From a virus (taxonomy: Duplodnaviria > Caudoviricetes): DNA of 64,000 nt. The notes under the pieces were generated by a model. The model saw only the letters and a list, made by a program, of their open reading frames with translations. It searched no databases and was not told where the DNA came from. Positions 55,758 to 64,000 of the stretch are shown here, piece after piece. How positions within the stretch are numbered: position 1 is the first letter of the stretch; the number at the start of each line of letters is the position of its first letter. Where the stretch lies: the IMG/VR virus record IMGVR_UViG_3300005512_002353; one strand, given 5' to 3'. Both the position numbers and the translations under genes were made by a program.

Positions 55758-58414
55758 TAGAATTCAAACAAGTTATTAAAGGTGTTGGCAGTCTGTGTTG
55801 CTCCCGCCAAGTTCCAATCCAACACTGACAACAGGTTGTCCACTTTCTGGTCAACGATCGTTGCCTCCATTTCCGCATCATCAAAGGGTAGTTCCTTGAA
55901 CCATCCTGGTATGTGTAGTTCATCTGTGGGGTAAGCAATACTTGTCCAACCCATTGGATTTGATTTTAGTTTGCACACGATCACTTTCATGCCATCAATA
56001 ATCTGGAGACTGTATTTGTCATCGTTCATGCGTTTCATCGTGTTCCAGTTCATGCCTGCCCTAACGTGTCCTGGCATGTTGGCCTTACCTAGTCGTTTCT
56101 CCTCCTTGGTATACTTGGTCAAGTTATTAACACGTTTAGGTGTGCCCTTCTCCCAACCTGGACGCTCTCTAAACTCATGTTTGAACTGTAGGATCTGTTC
56201 TACGATATCCTCACGCTCACTGCCCATTAGCACATTGTGTAATACATCACTTAGAAAGTTCTGTATCACAGGCGGAGTATCTGAACGTTTCAAATCTAAG
56301 CCCATGGCCTTGATCTTACCTGGCTTGCCCTCAACGTCTAGACGTTTGCCTTCACTGTCATATACCATGATGGCATAACGTTTCTTAGTGATAAACAGTC
56401 CTCTTGATGCTACTGATTCCCTACCACCTCGGATGATCTCTCCCATGTGCTGTGGAACATGGAATGCCCGTTCCATAAATCCTGGAAAACTTTCGTTAAC
56501 TGATTCTGCTATGTTATCGTATAACTGTATGGCGGTTTCTTTTGACCATTCCATCTGCCCTGCTTCAACATCATCTTTGACCATTGGCCAAGCACTAAAG
56601 TAACAGGAATCAGTATCACCATAAATGATTGACTTACCCACGTGATCATATTCTCCCGTGATCAACTCATTGATGTGTGCGTCCATGTGTTTGGCAATAG
56701 CACGACCTGTCAGTGTAGTTGACTGTCCAATGCGTTTGTCAAAGAAACGACATCCTGGATTGAGGATGGCACCATACAATGAGTTCAAGTTAATCTTCTT
56801 AACTAACTGTCTCTTGTCCCAGAACTCTATCTCTTCTTTGGTAGTTGCTGATCTAAGTTTGGCCTGCATTTCCTTACGTTCTGCATACCAGCGTTTAAGC
56901 AGTCCTGGCACGACTGCTTCAGTTTCATATGTGAATATGGTTCCATTAGCACTCAGTATCCAGGGATTGTTTGAATCAAATATCATCTTCCATACCTGAG
57001 CCGCGGAATATGTATCTTCTCCACCTTGATTCCAATCAATGGTAACTTCAGTGCCCACATCCTGTTTCATCACTGCTTCATATTCTAAACTACCAAACAG
57101 ACCTTCCCAGGCTGATGCAAATGAGTTGCCCTTGTTCATCTTTTCACGGATGTAACGATCAGTCATTACGGGACGTAGTTGTCCCACTATGGCCTCGTTA
57201 CCCATGTTCAAAGCACGAATCGCTGAAGGATACAGTGAGTTGATGTCAACTGAGCCAATCCAATCGTGTAAGCCCTTGCGTGGATATGCCACATAAGCAC
57301 CTGCGGCCTGTGTGTCCTCGTCTGTTAAACGCTCACGTCTGTTAGGAACAACAAGTCCACGTTCGTGTGCTTCATTGATGATGGCCTGTTCAGTAACAGC
57401 AACAGCACCCATTGTTGTCTGTAGTAGCACAGTGTTCGCATGTGCAAGTTCGTTGGCTAGATCAATGAACTTGAGCTTGTCGTCCATCTTCTTGAGCAGA
57501 TGTGTGTCCTGTCTGTTATACTCAATGAACGTTTCAAAGTTATCATTGTATAGTTGATCCAATGTGCCTTCATAGTCTGTCTTGCGTTCACCTAGCTCAT
57601 GCTCACCAATGGCATCCAAACTATATGAATGACGCTCCTCATAGGTATACTTTCTATAGAGTTGCATGTAGTCCAAATGCACACGACCTATGATGTCAAA
57701 TGTGATGTTCTCTGCACCAAAGCGTTCAAACGTTCTCTTCTTGGGCAGTTGTTCCCACAAACAGAAACGGCGTGTGTCGTCTTTACTAAGCACCCTAGTA
57801 ACACGATTGACGGTGTAGGGTATATCATAGCCCTCGGAGTTCCAACCACTCAATATATCAGCATCTTCTATTAGATCTAAGAACGTTCCTAATAGATCTT
57901 CCTCACGATCAAATAAGTAAGTGTCCTCAAACTTGGCCACCGTGGCCTCTGCTTCTGCCCAGGATATCTTCTTAGGTGGTAACACCAATGTCACTAACTT
58001 GTCCATCCAATCTAGGTAAACAGATATTGCCGTGATAGCATTAAACGGATCCGCTGGTGATGAGTATCCTCTCTCGGGATCAAAGTCTACCTCAATATCG
58101 AAAAACGCTGTATGTAGTTTTGGTGCGTCAATGTTTTGATAATTGTCTGCTAGACAGCGGAACACAGGATTGATATCACTTTCATACAAGCGTTTCTGTC
58201 CCTGTATCTTGACTTCCTTGTGGAACTCTTTTGCTGAACGTGTAGAAAATCTAGTTACGGGTGTGCCATAGATTGATCTATGTTTGCCTTTGGGATCCTC
58301 GTAGTAAAACACATAACTGGCAGGGAACTCTTTGAACTCTCTCTGTCCATCTACCCTCTCAACTATGTGTATGCGATCACCTGAGCGATCAAATAGTGCG
58401 TCTATGTAGCTCAA
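55757..58414 (-). CDS. family B DNA polymerase
   Basis: Exo FFDIE, GWNSEGYD, YNRQD; pol DINSLYPS, K..LNSLYG, YGDTDS, KKRY; TTG start. Confidence 0.97.
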   Translation of the reverse strand: MSYIDALFDRSGDRIHIVERVDGQREFKEFPASYVFYYEDPKGKHRSIYGTPVTRFSTRSAKEFHKEVKIQGQKRLYESDINPVFRCLADNYQNIDAPKLHTAFFDIEVDFDPERGYSSPADPFNAITAISVYLDWMDKLVTLVLPPKKISWAEAEATVAKFEDTYLFDREEDLLGTFLDLIEDADILSGWNSEGYDIPYTVNRVTRVLSKDDTRRFCLWEQLPKKRTFERFGAENITFDIIGRVHLDYMQLYRKYTYEERHSYSLDAIGEHELGERKTDYEGTLDQLYNDNFETFIEYNRQDTHLLKKMDDKLKFIDLANELAHANTVLLQTTMGAVAVTEQAIINEAHERGLVVPNRRERLTDEDTQAAGAYVAYPRKGLHDWIGSVDINSLYPSAIRALNMGNEAIVGQLRPVMTDRYIREKMNKGNSFASAWEGLFGSLEYEAVMKQDVGTEVTIDWNQGGEDTYSAAQVWKMIFDSNNPWILSANGTIFTYETEAVVPGLLKRWYAERKEMQAKLRSATTKEEIEFWDKRQLVKKINLNSLYGAILNPGCRFFDKRIGQSTTLTGRAIAKHMDAHINELITGEYDHVGKSIIYGDTDSCYFSAWPMVKDDVEAGQMEWSKETAIQLYDNIAESVNESFPGFMERAFHVPQHMGEIIRGGRESVASRGLFITKKRYAIMVYDSEGKRLDVEGKPGKIKAMGLDLKRSDTPPVIQNFLSDVLHNVLMGSEREDIVEQILQFKHEFRERPGWEKGTPKRVNNLTKYTKEEKRLGKANMPGHVRAGMNWNTMKRMNDDKYSLQIIDGMKVIVCKLKSNPMGWTSIAYPTDELHIPGWFKELPFDDAEMEATIVDQKVDNLLSVLDWNLAGATQTANTFNNLFEF

Positions 58415-59082
58415 TCTTTATCCTCTCTAATATAGTATTTTACACTATTGTATAGTTCCGTGTCAAGTTCGTAATGTTTTTCTAATCTAGTAAATCTGCC
58501 AATGTTTGTTTGGAACCATTGTTTGATCTTGGCCTTGGCTGATGTGGTGGCATACATTGATTCTATGCCCTGTAGTTCGTTTTCTACTCCCAAAACTCTG
58601 CGAACATAGTCAGCGACGTTTTGATTTAGATCTGATTCTACCTTAAACCAGGTGGTCTTGTCCGTGTCTAATCCTTCTAGGAAAGTAACTTGTTCTACAG
58701 TGTGTTCGTCAAATGCTATAGTGGTGTTAATTATCTCACCAGCAAGTCTCTGTTTTTCTAGTTGTAGAATAAATGTTTTTGTGTTATAACCATATCTACT
58801 GATGTATTCAGCCATACCTGAACACCAACGATCTAGGGGATCTCTCAGGAATACAATGGCCTCATATCCTTGTTTTAATAATTTCTCGTCGTGATAGTTA
58901 GTTTCACGCCACTCTAAATTTTCATCAAAGGCAGTCTTGCCCCAATTGGTAGCGTTCTTAGGAATGTTTACGTAGAATTTTTTGAGTTCGTCGTTGGCAA
59001 AGCACATACCATATGGATGGTTCTTGTGACGTTTCCAATACTCTTGCCAAGTCTTTTCTATCTTCAATTTTTCTCCGATCAT
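58411..59082 (-). CDS. sulfotransferase-family protein
   Basis: 5'-PSB IPKNAT, 3'-PB RDPLDRWCS; start may be TTG 59067. Confidence 0.7.
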   Translation of the reverse strand: MIGEKLKIEKTWQEYWKRHKNHPYGMCFANDELKKFYVNIPKNATNWGKTAFDENLEWRETNYHDEKLLKQGYEAIVFLRDPLDRWCSGMAEYISRYGYNTKTFILQLEKQRLAGEIINTTIAFDEHTVEQVTFLEGLDTDKTTWFKVESDLNQNVADYVRRVLGVENELQGIESMYATTSAKAKIKQWFQTNIGRFTRLEKHYELDTELYNSVKYYIREDKD

Positions 59083-59125
59083 TTATGGCTGATCAACCTC
59101 TACATGCTCTTAGGGAGCGACTCCG

Positions 59126-59410
59126 TTACCACCAATGGATGGCAACACCAAATCCAAATATATTTACCACCGCAAAGTAACTAGTTAACACCAACGGCCA
59201 AGCAAGTCCTCTGCGTAGGTATGCGTAGGCACCGGTTATGGCACCTACCATAAATCCTGGATACACATAACGCATATCAGGTGCATCCGCTGTCATGGCC
59301 AAGTATAAACTGGCCGCAACAGTAAAAACGAAACTGGTTAGTTCAAACCCAAATGCTGTTGGGTCTGACTTGTAACTCTTAGACCAAAAGTCTGTTATCT
59401 TTTGCTTCAA
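59126..59410 (-). CDS. small membrane protein (3 TM)
   Basis: Hydrophobic; paralog of 29023..29301. Confidence 0.65.
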   Translation of the reverse strand: MKQKITDFWSKSYKSDPTAFGFELTSFVFTVAASLYLAMTADAPDMRYVYPGFMVGAITGAYAYLRRGLAWPLVLTSYFAVVNIFGFGVAIHWW

Positions 59411-59412
59411 AA

Positions 59413-59670
59413 CTAGGCAGTTCTGCCCACGGTCTGTAGAATAGTCTCTAACATTTCATGATCAGCACTGACAGATTGGAATTCTGCTTTGTATGCTACA
59501 CGTAGAGCTTTTGATAGCACTGATGGTTTAACCTGTAGTTCTTCTGCCACGGCTTTAACCGTGTCCTTGAGGCCTTCTTGTAGAGTTTCTACTTCTTGCA
59601 TAACACCAATGCCTTCACGCATTAGGTTATCTAGTTTTGCTTTTTGATCTGCATTGAATACTGTTGTCAT
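59413..59670 (-). CDS. T4 DsbA-like dsDNA-binding protein / transcription regulator
   Basis: 85-aa helical E..LKD.VK.VAEEL.VKP..L.K pattern. Confidence 0.55.
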   Translation of the reverse strand: MTTVFNADQKAKLDNLMREGIGVMQEVETLQEGLKDTVKAVAEELQVKPSVLSKALRVAYKAEFQSVSADHEMLETILQTVGRTA

Positions 59671-59690
59671 ATCTGTCTCCTTGTTTAGTA

Positions 59691-59718
59691 ATTATAACAG
59701 AAAAACTAACAGTGTAAA
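59691..59718 (-). promoter_or_regulatory. sigma70-type promoter TTTACA-N16-TATAAT
   Basis: Near-consensus. Confidence 0.6.
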
Positions 59719-60267
59719 TTATTTTGGTAGAACGCCGTGTGTGATAAAACGGTAGTCGTCTGCGTAGTAGTCTACGACACGTTGCTTGAGCTCGTCATCC
59801 ATAACTTCATCTATGCGACGTTGTATGAATACTTTTTGATCTCTGTATTTGGCCATGTTGCGTTTTGGTAACACATCTAGGTCCAGCAGTTCAGCAAGTT
59901 GTGGATCTCCCATCTCAAATCTTAGGAAATTTTCACTTGGATCAAAGCCTCGAACATAGTCAACTTGTCGATCACTATGATGATCTAACCTAACATCCAT
60001 TAATGCTTCCTTGGTGATCTCTTCTAGATCATGACCATACCAGTATTGGCACATGGCTGAGTTCCAACGTTCCCAAGGATCTCTAACAATACAGAACACC
60101 GTGAGGCGTTCCATGAGATCATCAAACACAGGGTTTTTGATAAAGTTGGTTAACTGCCATTGCTTTTCGGTCATGATGCTACGCATGGTGGCAGTCATGT
60201 TCTTGTGCATTGGAACATACAGAAGCCTATCCTGTATGCTAAGATAACATTGTCCGTAGTCTAACAT
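59719..60267 (-). CDS. sulfotransferase-family protein
   Basis: PMHKNMT, VRDPWERWNS, H...Q, YYADDY. Confidence 0.7.
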   Translation of the reverse strand: MLDYGQCYLSIQDRLLYVPMHKNMTATMRSIMTEKQWQLTNFIKNPVFDDLMERLTVFCIVRDPWERWNSAMCQYWYGHDLEEITKEALMDVRLDHHSDRQVDYVRGFDPSENFLRFEMGDPQLAELLDLDVLPKRNMAKYRDQKVFIQRRIDEVMDDELKQRVVDYYADDYRFITHGVLPK

Positions 60268-60275
60268 AGTGTTAC

Positions 60276-61421
60276 TTATTTTTTGAGGATGGAGTCGAGC
60301 ATTTTTTTAAGTTGCTCTAGTTCCTGTGTGTGATACTTGTCAACTAGATCCTGTGCGGCGATGTCTGCTTCTTCTTTATCGTTTTCTTTATCCAAACGTT
60401 TGACATCTTTCTCAAGATCAACGGCCAATGCGGCCACTGGATCTCCCTTGGTGATGCCAGCAGTCTTCATTTGTGCTTTCTTAAGTGCTACCTTGGTCTT
60501 TGGGTCTAGTTTCTTAGTGATGTCGTCGTCTTCTTTCTTTGCTTCTTCTACTGACTCATTTGCGTTCATATAATGCCATTTGATAGCATCGTAGTATGCT
60601 TTCCAGTTACCACCTTTTGCCATTAGGTCACGACGACCTAGTTCACTAGTGTGATATAAGTATGCTTGTTCTTCAAATTCACTTCCGTCTGGATCTAAGC
60701 CTGGTTTGATTTTACCAGCAATTACTTTTGTCATATAGTCACGTGTAGCAGGCGGAACATCACTGTCTTCTTGTGTCAATCTTGCCTTGGTGCCTAGTTT
60801 GGTCTTCATCATTGATTCCAGATCCTCTGAGCTCAACGGACCTACTGAATCCACATCCTTGCGTGTTGGCATGTCCAAGTCAATCCAGGTTTTGAATTCC
60901 TCATCTGACATGTAGTTGTATGGTGACCAATCGATGCTTACTTCCTTGCCGTCTTTCTTTGCTGTGTGGCTGATCTTTCTGTTGTCATCGTAGTCGATGA
61001 TGTCTGTTTCATACTCCCAACCCTTGTAAGCCTCTTCAGCCATGCGTTTCTTATTATGTCTCTCGTCGTTGTGGTCAACATTTATTTCCTCCAAGTCCAG
61101 GACCTTGTCCTTTTGGACGTCTTTCATGCGTTCGATATCAAATTTGTTTAATCTATCTGGTGACATAGTAGCATCACGCTTCTCTAACTTACCAATGACC
61201 CAGTTTGGATCACCAAAGTATTTGGCCACACCATCACCTAGATGTCTGTTTGCCTTAAAGAAACTTAATAAGTATCTTGCTTCAGGATATGTGATAGGTG
61301 TCATTTCAGGACCAACTTTAAGATCTATGTCCTTGCCGTCCTTGACAGCGTGTAGTAGTTGTTTGATCGTTTCAACACCTGCCGCGGCACCGTATGATTC
61401 AAATAAATGATTTAATAACAT
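60276..61421 (-). CDS. hypothetical acidic/charged protein, possible virion internal protein
   Basis: MLLNHLFE N-terminus; modular, with hydrophobic-x-E linkers. Confidence 0.6.
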   Translation of the reverse strand: MLLNHLFESYGAAAGVETIKQLLHAVKDGKDIDLKVGPEMTPITYPEARYLLSFFKANRHLGDGVAKYFGDPNWVIGKLEKRDATMSPDRLNKFDIERMKDVQKDKVLDLEEINVDHNDERHNKKRMAEEAYKGWEYETDIIDYDDNRKISHTAKKDGKEVSIDWSPYNYMSDEEFKTWIDLDMPTRKDVDSVGPLSSEDLESMMKTKLGTKARLTQEDSDVPPATRDYMTKVIAGKIKPGLDPDGSEFEEQAYLYHTSELGRRDLMAKGGNWKAYYDAIKWHYMNANESVEEAKKEDDDITKKLDPKTKVALKKAQMKTAGITKGDPVAALAVDLEKDVKRLDKENDKEEADIAAQDLVDKYHTQELEQLKKMLDSILKK

Positions 61422-61422
61422 C

Positions 61423-61860
61423 TTAATCCCTAGCCTTTAAAAAACTACGTAGCATCCAAGCGTGTTTGGCAAAAGCATCAATACGTCCTGCGATAAAGTC
61501 TGCTATGCCTTCCTGTTTTTCTTCCACTGCTACATCAAATACTCTTTTAGTAAGATCCAACATCTTGTTGGTGTCTTCTAATAATTCTTCTAGCATTAAC
61601 TTTGCTCTTGGCACCTTAGTTTGGCTGTCAACGATACTTAATGATCTAAAGCGATCAAATGAGCCTGGAGCATACTCATCCAACTGTCTGATAACTTCTG
61701 CGGCCGTGTCTATACTAGCAAACACTTCTTGATATATGCCACCAAAGAAGTCGTGTAACTGTGAGAAGTCTGAACCTTCCACGTTCCAATGGAAGTAGTG
61801 AGCCTTTAATTGATAACTGTATGAACTTGCTAAAATAACTTTTAAATCTTCTGCTAACAT
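61423..61860 (-). CDS. dps: Dps (DNA-protecting ferritin-like) protein
   Basis: HYFHWNVEG..F..LH.FF..IY, D..AE, KHAWML. Confidence 0.92.
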   Translation of the reverse strand: MLAEDLKVILASSYSYQLKAHYFHWNVEGSDFSQLHDFFGGIYQEVFASIDTAAEVIRQLDEYAPGSFDRFRSLSIVDSQTKVPRAKLMLEELLEDTNKMLDLTKRVFDVAVEEKQEGIADFIAGRIDAFAKHAWMLRSFLKARD

Positions 61861-62228
61861 TATTGATCCTTCGCAACCGCTTTAGCGATCTTGTGTGCCT
61901 TCTTGATAGTTGATTTCTTTAATGGTGGTTTATCGCCAGTTGACTTCATGGCCTGTGCCATGCCAACTGCATACGGACTGTCAACAGCATCAGAGATGAC
62001 ACCATCATCCATGGCATCATATGTCAATGATCTGTGTGCTGAATTGATGTAGTCCTGTGCTTTTGTGATCTTACTTGCTACCCAACCTGGAATGCCACGT
62101 TCTTCTGAAGCATATTGGTTCAATAGTTTGATAAGTTCCATAGAGTTCTTGGCAAGTTCGATCAATTCGCTCTTGGCCATGCGAACTTCATGGTCTAAAT
62201 GGTCTTCATTAAAGTCTTGTAAATTCAT
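61860..62228 (-). CDS. hypothetical protein, possible virion internal protein
   Basis: DHEVRMAKSEL..GWVASKITKA.DY; PYAVGMA. Confidence 0.65.
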   Translation of the reverse strand: MNLQDFNEDHLDHEVRMAKSELIELAKNSMELIKLLNQYASEERGIPGWVASKITKAQDYINSAHRSLTYDAMDDGVISDAVDSPYAVGMAQAMKSTGDKPPLKKSTIKKAHKIAKAVAKDQ

Positions 62229-62233
62229 AACTA

Positions 62234-62271
62234 TCCGCTCTTTTATCCTTAGTAGTATTTATCAGAGCGGA
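62234..62271 (-). promoter_or_regulatory. late-type promoter (ATAAATA) in the loop of an 8-bp RBS-sequestering hairpin
   Basis: TCCGCTCT-N22-AGAGCGGA, ending 5 nt before the ATG. Confidence 0.6.
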
Positions 62272-62277
62272 GAGTTT

Positions 62278-62526
62278 TTAGATTCTTTTGAGTGGACCAC
62301 CAAAGATACTAGTTCCCTTCATATCTAAGGCATTGTCTGTTGGTTTTTGTTTTTTAGGTTTGGGTGGGCGAGGTGCTTTAGTGCCAGATACGCCAGGTGT
62401 GCCAGTGTATGACTTCTTAAATCTGTCTGGTCCTATAGCAACGTGTGGATTAGCCACTGATGCAAAGTTACCTGCTGATGTTGAGCCTGCTGTTGCTGTC
62501 TCTTGTATGATTTCATTAATTTTCAT
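62278..62526 (-). CDS. hypothetical protein
   Basis: MKINEIIQE-TATAGSTSAG N-terminus. Confidence 0.65.
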   Translation of the reverse strand: MKINEIIQETATAGSTSAGNFASVANPHVAIGPDRFKKSYTGTPGVSGTKAPRPPKPKKQKPTDNALDMKGTSIFGGPLKRI

Positions 62527-62527
62527 A

Positions 62528-62812
62528 TTAGTATATCTCTATAGTATCATCTACTATACGAGCATCTCCTAGTTCAACTCGCATGTTTTCCATTTTAAAT
62601 ACTGTCTTTGTTGACCTGGCCTTTTCTATCCTCACTGAATACTTACCTGGTTGTGCTTTTATTTGAAGCAGTTCAATTAAGTAGTCTCCAGGCTTCCAAC
62701 GCCATGTCCTCTCATTCATTAGTTCATCATTGACATATATGCGATATCTAGCATCAGGCATGATACGTTCTGCTTTTAGATCAAAGAGAACTCTAACAAA
62801 TTTTTCTTCCAT
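62528..62812 (-). CDS. hypothetical beta-rich protein
   Basis: YRIYVNDELMNERTW. Confidence 0.65.
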   Translation of the reverse strand: MEEKFVRVLFDLKAERIMPDARYRIYVNDELMNERTWRWKPGDYLIELLQIKAQPGKYSVRIEKARSTKTVFKMENMRVELGDARIVDDTIEIY

Positions 62813-62820
62813 GCAACTAT

Positions 62821-63450
62821 TTATCGTTGATGTAGAGTAGCCTGTAAGGTTTGGACTCCTAGATATTCTGATAGATAGCAGACGATATTAGGATCTTTGG
62901 GGATAAGCCTACTGGGATTATGTGCCCGGTGAGTCCAGAATGTTTGACTAAATCCTTTAAGGAATACGCGATAGTCTGACTTCATTATGGTTTCCTCTAT
63001 GGCTCGTTGGACCTCGGGTCGTTGGCTGTCATCTATCGCTATGATACCATCTATGCTGATGTTGCGTAGAGCATACTCAATATCACTCTTAACGAACTCA
63101 TAGTCATGATTACCGTCAACATGTATAAAGTTATAAGGTTCCTTGACATCTAGTAGGTATCTAGAATCTTTGGTTATAAATTTAAGATCTCTAGTGATTA
63201 GTTCTTCTTTATATAGATCAACAAACTCTTTGAGAGCAGAACCATGTTCTATGTCCACAGTGGTTAAGTGTGCAGGTCCGTCAAGTGATTCAAGAATAAG
63301 GCCTAGAGAATACCCCTTCTTGAATCCTATCTCCAATATGTTTATCGGTTGGAGAGCTCCGCATATTAGATGTATCAAGATAGAGTCGAGAATAGATTGC
63401 ATTGGAACTCCGTCTCCCAGGAGTTCCCTATATGCTTTTGTTTGGATCAA
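62821..63450 (-). CDS. class I SAM methyltransferase (Methyltransf_24-like)
   Basis: LEIGFKKGYS, TVDI, FIHVDGNHDYE, IAIDD. Confidence 0.85.
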   Translation of the reverse strand: MIQTKAYRELLGDGVPMQSILDSILIHLICGALQPINILEIGFKKGYSLGLILESLDGPAHLTTVDIEHGSALKEFVDLYKEELITRDLKFITKDSRYLLDVKEPYNFIHVDGNHDYEFVKSDIEYALRNISIDGIIAIDDSQRPEVQRAIEETIMKSDYRVFLKGFSQTFWTHRAHNPSRLIPKDPNIVCYLSEYLGVQTLQATLHQR

Positions 63451-63458
63451 TTGTTAGA

Positions 63459-63791
63459 TTATTTGCTTTTGCTCATGTATGCAGTTGCACCAAAGAACAT
63501 ACCAATCACTGAAGCCTGTGATAAGAATAACATATCACTAAGGCTGGCTAGTGTGGCCAATCTTGCTTCTGGAACAAACGGCATAAGTGGTAGTATAGCG
63601 TAAACGCACATTGAGATCATTGCTACCCAAGCCATCTTACGTTGAGCGTCTGACTTCTCTTCACGTAATTCTAACTCAAGCATCTCCTTACCACGTGCGA
63701 TTTCCTCGTCAGTGATGGTGCCGTCTCCGTCTGTGTCAAAGCGATCCCAGAGTGAACCTGGTGCTAATCTTTTACCTTCTTCTTTTGCCAT
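63459..63791 (-). CDS. EF-hand membrane protein
   Basis: DTDGDGTITDEE loop; two TM helices. Confidence 0.7.
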   Translation of the reverse strand: MAKEEGKRLAPGSLWDRFDTDGDGTITDEEIARGKEMLELELREEKSDAQRKMAWVAMISMCVYAILPLMPFVPEARLATLASLSDMLFLSQASVIGMFFGATAYMSKSK

Positions 63792-63829
63792 TTCCTTAAC
63801 CCCCTAAGGTTGTTGTATTATAGTAGTAT

Positions 63830-64000
63830 TTATTTTTTAATACCAAATTTGATATGCTTATACCATACACGCTCATGTAGATAATATAGGATAAATTTGA
63901 TTATGAGATCTGCTAGGAATACTGCACCTATTATTTTAGGTGGTAGGCCAAATGACCATGCTATCAAGGCCGTTGTTATACTTGCTATGACTCGCCAGGT
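63830..64000 (-). CDS. DUF2061-like membrane protein, 3' part
   Basis: Hand translation TWRVIASITT...KFILYYLHERVW..IKFG*. Confidence 0.75.
   Translation of the reverse strand, partial: TWRVIASITTALIAWSFGLPPKIIGAVFLADLIIKFILYYLHERVWYKHIKFGIKK

Noticed and set aside
55757-58414. Intein or intron in DNA polymerase
   Set aside because: 885 aa with contiguous motifs; no splice junction or endonuclease signature

Overview
This window is a 64-kb segment of a large, AT-rich, tailed dsDNA phage with T4-like replication genes: family-B DNA polymerase, probable sliding clamp, RNase H-type 5'-3' exonuclease and ThyX. It uses the standard genetic code and has tightly overlapping genes. 1-15.5 kb is on the + strand; almost everything else is on the - strand. 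Main content: (1) eight tandem radical-SAM genes with an N-terminal twitch-type Cys cluster, followed by a carbamoyltransferase, SGNH-like proteins, glycosyltransferase-like proteins, a DegT aminotransferase and an epimerase; two more such radical-SAM genes lie elsewhere. (2) A ~14.5-kb 7-deazaguanine locus (folE, queD, queE, a TGT/DpdA-like gene, a DpdL-like gene, no queC in the window) interleaved with glycosyl-, methyl-, amino-, nucleotidyl- and phosphoribosyl-transferases, and with a structured leader on queD. (3) Host-takeover genes: an omega-TraR-ClpP operon, a MoxR/VWA pair, an orphan VbhA-like antitoxin, Dps, two fatty-acid desaturases and a secreted S8 protease. (4) tRNA-Glu and a chimeric-looking tRNA-Thr. 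Non-coding signals read directly from the sequence: five sigma70 promoters with GATC fixed one base upstream of the -10 box, probable leaderless mRNAs, late-promoter/hairpin switches, and systematic avoidance of GCWGC. All protein calls come from motif recognition by eye; no database searches were run.
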